Position numbers and translations under genes: made by a program. Below are positions 56,021 to 64,000 of a stretch of DNA of 64,000 nucleotides, piece by piece (positions within the stretch are counted from its first letter, which is position 1; every line of letters begins with the position of its first letter). Source of the stretch: an uncultured delta proteobacterium (GTDB lineage: Bacteria; Desulfobacterota; WTBG01; CAIYCZ01); NCBI GenBank assembly GCA_963803975.1, contig CAWDOY010000015.1, positions 1 through 64,000 on the forward strand, read 5' to 3'. The notes below the pieces were generated by a model. That model did not search any database, had not been told where the DNA came from, and saw only the letters and a program-made list of their open reading frames with translations.

Positions 56021-56035
56021 TCTAAGGGCTAACAT

Positions 56036-56431
56036 ATGGACCACAAGAAGCGCTTTCTTGACAACGACAAATTCGCTCTGCACGCAGGAATTGAATTGCT
56101 GGAAGTAACCAGCGGCGGCTCAAAGGTAAAGATGGCAGTGCAGCCTTTTCATATAAACGGCGTGGGCCTGGTCCACGGCGGGGCGCTGTTTACCCTTGCT
56201 GACTTTGCCTTTGCAGCAGCTGCCAACTCGCACGAGGAAGTTGCGGTGGCAATTAATGCCTCAATCTCCTACCTCAAGGCGGTAAAATCCGGAACCCTCT
56301 ATGCCGAAGCTGAAGAAATCTCAAACTCCCGGAAAATCTCTGTCTATTCCATCAGGGTAACAGATGAGCATGATGAGCTGATTGCGATGTTTCAGGGCAT
56401 GGCGTATAAGAAAGGGTCCGGGGACACGTAA
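56036..56431 (+). CDS. PaaI family thioesterase
   Basis: VHGGALFTLADFAFAAAANS. Confidence 0.9.
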   Translation: MDHKKRFLDNDKFALHAGIELLEVTSGGSKVKMAVQPFHINGVGLVHGGALFTLADFAFAAAANSHEEVAVAINASISYLKAVKSGTLYAEAEEISNSRKISVYSIRVTDEHDELIAMFQGMAYKKGSGDT

Positions 56432-56551
56432 TGCGGAATGGGGAAATTCGTGCCCAGGGGCTTGTCCACCCTCCGCAGTGTTAAATAAAAAACTTATTGG
56501 TGATTGCTAAGTATACTTTTGAATTTAAACTGACTACACTTTTCAGTGCTA

Positions 56552-56607
56552 CCTGCCCTCCGCACGAAGCGTGCTCTCGCCTTTGCGTAGCGCTTCGGCG
56601 GAGCAGG
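56552..56607. repeat. GC-rich REP-like palindrome
   Basis: CCTGC.CTCCG..CGAAGCG...CGCTTCG.CGGAG.CAGG. Confidence 0.5.
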
Positions 56608-56725
56608 GTCGGAAGGCGGGCGAAGGACGGGTGACCCGTGTCACGTTTAAATAAAATAATGAATTGTTGCGATAGCAGAAGTCGCGCATTTTTGCCAATA
56701 ATGGCTCACCACAATATACAGGTGC

Positions 56726-56758
56726 AAAAAGGCGGAGCCGTTGTTGACTCCGCCTTTT
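56726..56758. terminator. Bidirectional intrinsic terminator
   Basis: AAAAAGGCGGAG...CTCCGCCTTTT between convergent genes. Confidence 0.7.
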
Positions 56759-56854
56759 AGAGGGCGTAATAAAGTATAAGGCAAGATTATTTCTGATCCT
56801 GCCTTATCAATGATGCTTTATGTATCCACTATCCAAACTTAACAGACACAAGTA

Positions 56855-57490
56855 CTATTTTGGGGAGCATTGAATTTTATTTCCGTTTTCACCATAGCAA
56901 TTTGATGAAAATAATTTGCCATCTGTAAAATTAGCCTCTGCTTTTAACTTGCCATTCTCATAGTACCATCTACATATACCGTCCTGTATGCCATCTATCC
57001 AATTCCCCTCTGTTTTTAAAGTGCCACTCTCGTAATACCATTTACACATGCCATGCATCTTGCCATCTTTCCAACTTGTTTCTGACGATAATTTTCCGTT
57101 CTCGCAGTACCATTTAGATATGCCGTTCTGCTTGCCTTCTTTCCAGTTCGTTTCTGATTTTAACGTACCACTTGAGTAATATGTTTTCCCTGCGCCATTC
57201 TGGGGTGGTGCTTCATAGTATCCAGTGTTATATTGATATGGGTAAAATCCTCCATAATAGTATGGGTACAAGGGGTAATATGGGTAAAATCCATAACCTC
57301 CATAATAATGTCCTCGTCCATAATACCCTGACCCATGCCATCCTCCATGCCCCCGACCATGCCATCCGCCATGTCCAATACCATGTCCCCCGCCACGTCC
57401 TCCGCCTCTGCAGTATCCAGGATATGCACCGATACAGACATAAAGAACTGCAAACAAACATATCACTAATGCTTTGATTTTAGTTTTCAT
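56855..57490 (-). CDS. Secreted MORN-variant repeat protein (YwqK-like) with a Gly/His/Tyr low-complexity region
   Basis: G..K.YYE.G.LK.E.NW.DG repeats; signal peptide. Confidence 0.75.
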   Translation of the reverse strand: MKTKIKALVICLFAVLYVCIGAYPGYCRGGGRGGGHGIGHGGWHGRGHGGWHGSGYYGRGHYYGGYGFYPYYPLYPYYYGGFYPYQYNTGYYEAPPQNGAGKTYYSSGTLKSETNWKEGKQNGISKWYCENGKLSSETSWKDGKMHGMCKWYYESGTLKTEGNWIDGIQDGICRWYYENGKLKAEANFTDGKLFSSNCYGENGNKIQCSPK

Positions 57491-57711
57491 GGTTAACCTC
57501 ATTTAACGCAATTAATTAGAATGATATAGGTTGATTTAAGCTGTCCTGACATAATATGCCCTCATATATTTATTATATATCATATTTCTTTAGTTGAGAA
57601 GCAACCAATGATCTCGGAAAATCTTTGTATGGCCCGGATGGCCACTTGAAAATCCCCCACCTGTGGCCGGGTCAAAATCCCCCACCCTGAGGCGGCAGAA
57701 CAGGTTTTTAA

Positions 57712-58486
57712 TTAGTTCTTTTTCTTTTCTAATGCAAGTCTTTTAGAAGCCTCCTTGAGCCGGTAACTCTTTCCTTCAAATTTCAGCAGATGACCCCGGT
57801 GCAGCAGGCGGTCAAGAATGGCCGAAGCCGCCGCATTGTCTCCAAGCAGTTTCCCCCAGTCTTCAATCGGCCGGTTTGAGGTGATCAGCGTGCTTTTTCG
57901 GTTGCGGTAACGCTCCAGAATCACATCCATAAGATCATCAGCGGCATGTTCCGGCAGACGCTTTTTTAAGAACAGATCATCGATGACCAGAAGATCGGTG
58001 CCACAGAACAGTTTTAACAGTTTTTTGCGTTTTCCGGTTTGCGTGGCTTCAAAGATGTCTTCAAAGAAACACTGTTCTTCCCGGTAGGCAACCTGATAAC
58101 CGGACTGGATCGCGGCATGCGCAATCGCCTTGGCCGTGTGGCTTTTGCCGGTGCCGGGTTGACCGATCAAAAGCGCATCGTCACCGTTTTGGACGAATTG
58201 CGGTTGTTAAGAGTTCAAAGACCTCCTTTTTGGGCAGCTTCGGGTTAAAGCACCAGTCAAAGTCGTTCATAAGCTTTTTCTCATCAAGACCCGATGCGTT
58301 AAAGCGGCGGTCAACAAGGCAGGAGAGCCTGAAGTCCAGTTCATCCTGGACAAGGGCTGTCAGGACATCAAGAACGGGACTCTTGTCCTGCTGTGCCTGG
58401 AGCAGGCGGGCCTGAAGGCTGCGGGCCATGCCGTGCAAACGAAGTGCTCGGAGGTGTTTTTCAACTTCTTCAAGTGTCATGGTCAT
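57712..58486 (-). CDS. istB: IS21 helper ATPase (frameshifted)
   Basis: GQPGTGKSH, LLVIDD and AILDRLLH..GKSYR. Confidence 0.9.
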
Positions 58487-58626
58487 AAGCTTACTCCTTT
58501 CTGTTTTTGGCTTTCATAAATGCCCCACAATCGACGATTCACTGCGGGGATACATTCAGGTACGCCTTCACCGTGTCTGTCCGGGCTTCTTGGGGAGATT
58601 GCAGGACTGAAGGCTTTGTCACTGCA

Positions 58627-60234
58627 TCACGACTGCTGAGCCGGCCGCATGGTGTTCAAAGAAAGCGCATAGTCCTGCGGCGAACGAATGAACTGGTGCT
58701 CCTGCGTAATGCTCGGGATGTCTCTGGGGTGGGTCTTTTGTCTAATTCCGGCAAGGTCAGTGACTATCCGGCGGATGATACTCACGGTGCGAAGTCCTTT
58801 TTCAAAGGCCATCCGGGCGGCCTGCTCAATATGGATGGCACAATGCTGGCGTACCATGCTCACAATGCCCTGCATGCGACGGTGCCCCTGGCGACCCTCT
58901 CCCTCAAACAGTTGCTTGCACAGTGCTTTTCCGTAATGGGACCGATCGCCGCGGCCCGGGCCAATAGATAGCACGTCTGCCGGGAAGGATTAAATATCCG
59001 GTCTTTTTCCTCCATCAGGACCATGCCCTGCCGGCTGCCTTTGGGGTGCCGCCGCAAAACGGTCAGGGTTTGAGGATCAATGATTTCAATCTCGTAGTCG
59101 TAAATGCGCACCATGACCTTGGTATGCAGCCGGGCGGGAAGTGCTGCATAATAGCAGTCCTGGACCTGAATGGTGCCGTCATCCTGGACCGTGCGGGTTT
59201 CCTGGCGGAAGAAGAGCAAATTTCTTGAGCGGCAGAATCTGGAGAAACGGTTTTTCTTCTGCAAACATCTCCTGCGACCTGTCGTTTCGTTCGGCCGTGT
59301 ATCCGCTGGGCCGCCCAGCGTCTCTTCCCAGTGCATAAGCAACCTGTTTTGTTCTTCAATGCTTTCAAACCGGCGGCCTTTCAGGGCGGTGTTCTGGGTG
59401 TGCTGGATGGCGTTTTCAACGCTGCCCTTGCGGTCGGGATCTGCCACGCGGGCCGGGTCTGCCACGACACCGTAATGGGCAAGCAGAGCTGCATAAACCG
59501 GGTTTAGCTCCGGCTCATAGAGATCGGGCTTTATGACACCTTCCTTCAAATTATCCAGAACCACATACTGGGGGCATCCGCCAAAATACCGGAAGGCCTC
59601 TTCATGCAGTTGGGCCCATACCACCTGGCTGGATTTCCAGACCACCTTTCGGAAACAGCGGCGGGAGTACTTCAGCGTCATGACAAACAATCGGGGACGG
59701 CGGTATGTGTTTGTCCCGGGATTACGGGTGAGAGCGCCCAGACCATAGTCCACCTGGGCCTCCTCTCCGGGCAGAAACTCCAGCCGGTCATACTGCTGCG
59801 GATGTTTTTTGCGCAGCGCACGGCAAAACGTTTCACGCTGTTGTATCTGCTGGTAAAGGCAAACCGCTCAACCAGGTCCTGATAAATGGAGACGGCATTG
59901 CGGCCCAGGCGCACCTGCTCCTCTATCCAGGGGCGGTGCTCTTCGCAGGCTGAGCGGGCATGGGCCGGAATCTGATTGCTTCCTGATCCCGACCCTGAAA
60001 AGCCGGTGGCCGGGGTGGGGGATTTTGACCGACACTACTCTTCGGAGCCGGTGGCCACCCCGGGGGATTTTGACTCTGTTGCGCTCGGTCTGCTGTCAGC
60101 AGGTTATGCAACCGGGCGTACTTGCGGATGGTCTTGCGATCCACGCGTGCCTTGCGGCTGATCTCGCGCTGACTGATTCCATTGGTAAGTAATGTAATTA
60201 TTGCTGCTTTCTTGTTCGGTTGCAAAACGTTCAT
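58627..60234 (-). CDS. istA: IS21 DDE transposase (frameshifted)
   Basis: HTH DRKTIRKY, PGEEAQVDY, FGGCPQYVVLDNLK and KGSVE. Confidence 0.9.
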
Positions 60235-60705
60235 CCTTTCTCTTCCTCCCATTACTTTTGTAAAAGGGGAGTTGTAACGTTCTGCTGCCAGTTTGAAAAG
60301 CTCTTTATGAAGGCTTTTCCGATTTCTGGACGTGCTAGGTGGGGGATTTTCAAGTGGCCACAGGTGGGGGATTTTGGGTGGCCATCCGGGGTGTTCCTTA
60401 AAGCATTGTTAATAATCAGTGATCCCATAATCTTTTGGTTATATTGAGCCAAGGTGTTAATATCTAACATCTATAGTAATGATAATAATGGCTCATTTAA
60501 ACCATAAAACTTTTTCCCATAATTTCTCAATCCCCATTTTTGCAGAACCCTTCCAAACAGCTAACCTCTTTAAATAGCTCTATATTTTTAAATCCGGCGT
60601 TTTAGGTATTAAGCACAATTATACCATTGGCACAGGAGTTGAACATGTGACTGTGCACATTGGGGTTATTGATTAAAAAAAGTTCACAATTTATGGGGTA
60701 ATAAA

Positions 60706-61482
60706 ATGAGAGCAATTAAAAATGTATTAATTATGAACACTGCCACAAAGGGACCGGTACGACTGATGGAAAATAACAGCTACTTTGCTCACGATACCCA
60801 TAAATACATGTATTGTACTGATGGGGTCTTTTCAGATTTTATTTTCTCTCTGATCACGGAAACGATTCCTGTTGATCTTAAGAATTATCAGCATGCCTTT
60901 GAGATGGGAGCCGGCATGGGGCGCTTCTCCTTTGCGCTGGTGAGTCATTTCCCGAAGGTTTCTCTCATTGAGCCCTCGGCATCCTATACCGCTGTACTGA
61001 AAAAACTTTTTGATCAGGAGCAGGTTGCCATCGTGACTTCGACGCTTGAGGATTTCTTCGAGAAAAACAGCATCCCGGACCGGTCCATATTCTTCAACTT
61101 TCATCTCCTACATCATTTAACCTTCGAGCAGCGACGGGACTATTTCAACTGCCTGCGCAAAGCCAAGGCGCCAGCCCTGTTTATTGAGCCGAACCCATTT
61201 AATCCATTAATTATACTACAGCTTCTGCTCTATCCTGATATGAGAATGAAAGATGAGTGGCAGTATCTCTCCCTCACCAGAAAGCGACTCACCCGGGAGT
61301 TTAATGCCTGCGGCCTGGACGTGGCAGCGCACAAAACGCTCTGTTTCCTGCCGCCGCCGCTTACCAAGTTGGTCTTAAAACAACCGGCTTTCAGGAAGCC
61401 GCTGTTGTCCCTTGATGGCTACGCCCGACTACTGCCTTTTTTAAGTTCATATCATCTATTTTACTGTAACGCGGCAGATTGA
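60706..61482 (+). CDS. Class I SAM-dependent methyltransferase
   Basis: EMGAGMGRF, HLLHHL and IEPNPFNP. Confidence 0.75.
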   Translation: MRAIKNVLIMNTATKGPVRLMENNSYFAHDTHKYMYCTDGVFSDFIFSLITETIPVDLKNYQHAFEMGAGMGRFSFALVSHFPKVSLIEPSASYTAVLKKLFDQEQVAIVTSTLEDFFEKNSIPDRSIFFNFHLLHHLTFEQRRDYFNCLRKAKAPALFIEPNPFNPLIILQLLLYPDMRMKDEWQYLSLTRKRLTREFNACGLDVAAHKTLCFLPPPLTKLVLKQPAFRKPLLSLDGYARLLPFLSSYHLFYCNAAD

Positions 61483-61848
61483 ACGGAGCCGGTATGCAGG
61501 GTGGTTTGGTTACCATCATTAACTATGTGAGCCTGTTCATTTTCCATCTCGAGTGGTGGGCATTAATCGCTAAAAAGTGCAGCTTATGACACGAAGTCTG
61601 CAGTTTTAAAAAAGTAACAGATACATCTGGTAGTCTGCTGAAGTTAGGTAGGACTAAACGAGTTGTTGATAGCGAGACTGTCGAAAAACCTCTCTGTAAA
61701 GAGATTTCCTATTAACGATGAGTTGATTCCTTAAAATTTACATCGTTAGTTGATGTATTTTTTATATTAACCTCTCGTTTTTATCGTTCACAGCATCCCG
61801 TTTCTCCTGCAATTGTCCGATATATCAAAACGTTAACAAAATGCTCCT

Positions 61849-63690
61849 TTAATAATCAATAAACGAAACCGAAATACTGCTCTCATTATTGCAATTACCC
61901 ACCCTCATCTCTCTCCAATATTCTTTATCATTCTCATCAATACGCCTATAGGTTTCTGTGATCGAGGATATATGAGTACGAACATCAGAGCCATAGGAAC
62001 TAAATTCGATCATCTTTAAGACAGGGTCATCGGCTGTTGCCGGAAGGTTGAAACCATGGATACCCCATACTGCAGACTCTTTTGCCCATGGGTTGCTGTA
62101 ATTACCATACAGATCAAAACTGACTACGCGTAATTCATTCCGGTCAACAATAATAGTGCCTTTGTTTGACCCTGAATTAGACGGCTCAAACCACGCGCCA
62201 GTAAATGTATCACCAGAGAAACTGCCGGCTAACCTTTCTGCATCGCTAATATTCTCCGACCAGGTCGCGCCTTCAGAATCTTTAAAATCACCAATAACGG
62301 TGTACGCAACAGAGCAGAAATTAAAATCAGTAAGCTCTTGCGACAATTCCTTTAACTCTATGGTTACTTTTGCTGAAGCGTTTCCCTTGTATGGATAAAG
62401 AGCGCGGTCATTTACCAAAACCACATTGACATAAACTCTATTGCTTTTCCCAAACCGGGGGATGCTTGCTTTTACTCCGGTCGTCAAATCATCTACCTTT
62501 ACCCAGGGGGTAACGGTTCCCTTTGCATAAATAGCTCCTTTAATAGGCAGATCAGCTTCCTCTAGAAACACTTGAAGGAAGGCGTTGTCTGGTACTGTAA
62601 AACCCATTTGAGGTTCTACAATACAATTCCAGGCAGAAAGATCTGCAATGGTTATTGAGCGGCTTTGGCTAGTGTCTATCGAGTTTATTAATAGTTTGCC
62701 ACCGGAAGGTTCTGGTTCTTCCCATGTTCTTTTCTGGTCTATCTGTTTTGTAATATACCTGAAAGCAAAATTGTTAAATTCTTCACTCAGCTGCGAGTCG
62801 CTCCCGAGAGCTTCTTCCAGCGCGCGAGTGCCTGATCTCGATTTGCTGTCTTGCTGTGCTTTAACCTTTTCATAAATCTGCAGCAGCAAATTACTGTCAT
62901 AGTATTCAGGCTTTGAGGTAAGATACGTTAAAAATGATGAAGCACCATATCCGTGCCTGCGATTCTCTTTCTCAAGCGGCTCATAGATAAAATTCAAATT
63001 TTTATAAACTCGATTTGAAATGTAGGTATCTTCAGTATCTGTCATCTGTGCTTCAAACCAAACCGATGCGGCGTCATTTAGCCAGACAAATTGATACTTC
63101 CAGCTAAGAGTACTATAGGCATCATAGCACCACTGAGCTATATGAAACAATTCATGGCCTGAATGAATCCTCAGCCGATCGTCAGGCAGGCCTGGTAGAA
63201 TCTCAATATAATAATAAATTCTACTCAGTACATAATCCCAGCTTACATAATTTCGATTTGCTGTAGCCGGTTCCTCTTCACTCAACCAAATTTCTGTAAT
63301 ATATACGTTAATGGGGAAAGTTTTTACCGGAAATAAAAAGCCTTGTTTCTCAATCTTTGTTTTTGCTTCATTGAGGTACATAAGAATTTTATTCGCATAC
63401 TCTTCCTGAGGGGGCAAAAATAATTTTTCATAATATTGCCCCCTGATGATGCGAAAGTATTTATCTTCCACTATAACCTGAGTAGTTATTTTATTGTCAA
63501 TCAGGGATCGTCCCTGGTTCTCATCGGAAAACTCTACGGGTTCATCTGCATAAGGGTTGTTCTTATGCCCCCGAATAGGTCCCTCTCTTTCCTGAGCCAA
63601 AAGGATTTTTGTAGCACCGCTCAGCACCAAGAGTATCCCTATCAAAAAACACACAAGCAGCGCTCTATTTATAGAAATTTGTATTTTCAT
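61849..63690 (-). CDS. Secreted putative zinc metallopeptidase
   Basis: Signal peptide, HELFHIAQ (HEXXH), WLNDAASVW and HGYG; AAGGAG RBS before MKIQ. Confidence 0.55.
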   Translation of the reverse strand: MKIQISINRALLVCFLIGILLVLSGATKILLAQEREGPIRGHKNNPYADEPVEFSDENQGRSLIDNKITTQVIVEDKYFRIIRGQYYEKLFLPPQEEYANKILMYLNEAKTKIEKQGFLFPVKTFPINVYITEIWLSEEEPATANRNYVSWDYVLSRIYYYIEILPGLPDDRLRIHSGHELFHIAQWCYDAYSTLSWKYQFVWLNDAASVWFEAQMTDTEDTYISNRVYKNLNFIYEPLEKENRRHGYGASSFLTYLTSKPEYYDSNLLLQIYEKVKAQQDSKSRSGTRALEEALGSDSQLSEEFNNFAFRYITKQIDQKRTWEEPEPSGGKLLINSIDTSQSRSITIADLSAWNCIVEPQMGFTVPDNAFLQVFLEEADLPIKGAIYAKGTVTPWVKVDDLTTGVKASIPRFGKSNRVYVNVVLVNDRALYPYKGNASAKVTIELKELSQELTDFNFCSVAYTVIGDFKDSEGATWSENISDAERLAGSFSGDTFTGAWFEPSNSGSNKGTIIVDRNELRVVSFDLYGNYSNPWAKESAVWGIHGFNLPATADDPVLKMIEFSSYGSDVRTHISSITETYRRIDENDKEYWREMRVGNCNNESSISVSFIDY

Positions 63691-64000
63691 TGTATGCTCA
63701 CTCCTTATCTGAGAAATTAAAAAACCTCCATCAGCACACAAGCTGATAGAGGTTAAATTTCTCGCCAACAGATCATCTTCAGTGATATGCCCAATCATGG
63801 GATACCTCCTTTTATGTTAATAATTATACTCCCTTATAATAAGCATTCAATAAAAATAAAGGATAAAAACGACATGTTGTGGTGGGCATTAACGGTAGGA
63901 AATTGCGGACCTTGTATCAGATGCAGCAATATGAAATATTGCACACTACTTCCGCTATCCTGTCATTTTTAACCCCCTCCAGAAAGTGTAACATTCGGCT

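Larger units (their letters stand above)
57633..60390 (-). mobile_element. IS21-family insertion sequence
   Basis: Terminal IR CCCGGATGGCCAC / GTGGCCATCCGGG with repeated AAAATCCCCCACC boxes; istA and istB inside. Confidence 0.9.

Noticed and set aside
92..60234. Many split ORFs as pseudogenes or programmed frameshifts
   Set aside because: The breaks affect housekeeping genes (fumC, OFOR alpha, potD, cstA) indiscriminately and motifs stay intact across frames, which fits uncorrected sequencing indels; short-read polishing would decide.
61673..61695. GAGACTGTCGAAAAA as an IS end
   Set aside because: No matching inverted partner or transposase was seen nearby; too short to support.

Overview
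A 64-kb bacterial chromosome segment. The gene content and intergenic repeat style suggest an anaerobic deltaproteobacterium (Desulfobacterota-like); this is inference. Many genes are split by single-base frameshifts, including housekeeping ones, most likely long-read assembly indels rather than true pseudogenes. Contents in order: potD, an RMD1-like gene, two Hsp20 genes and a thioesterase; five tandem secreted modular proteins (4.5-15.3 kb) sharing one C-terminal domain, three of them followed by an orphan copy of the tail; a six-gene operon (S51-peptidase/CysRS-C-terminal fusion, two Gfo/Idh/MocA oxidoreductases, a CelD/BcsL-type GNAT, an MshA-like glycosyltransferase, a PIG-L deacetylase); an unannotated 37-aa RiPP-precursor-like gene with a perfect sigma70 promoter and its own terminator; a redox/lipid-stress block (ferritin-like, fasciclin, glutathione peroxidase, DUF1302/DUF1329, tocopherol-cyclase-like, two YbjT-like, SOUL, AttEFGH-like); fumC, 2-oxoacid:ferredoxin oxidoreductase, a SOR-like gene, cstA; a four-helix-bundle gene flanked by inverted heptamer repeats; and an IS21-family element. 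I saw no rRNA, tRNA or CRISPR array. All family calls are by motif recognition, with no database search.
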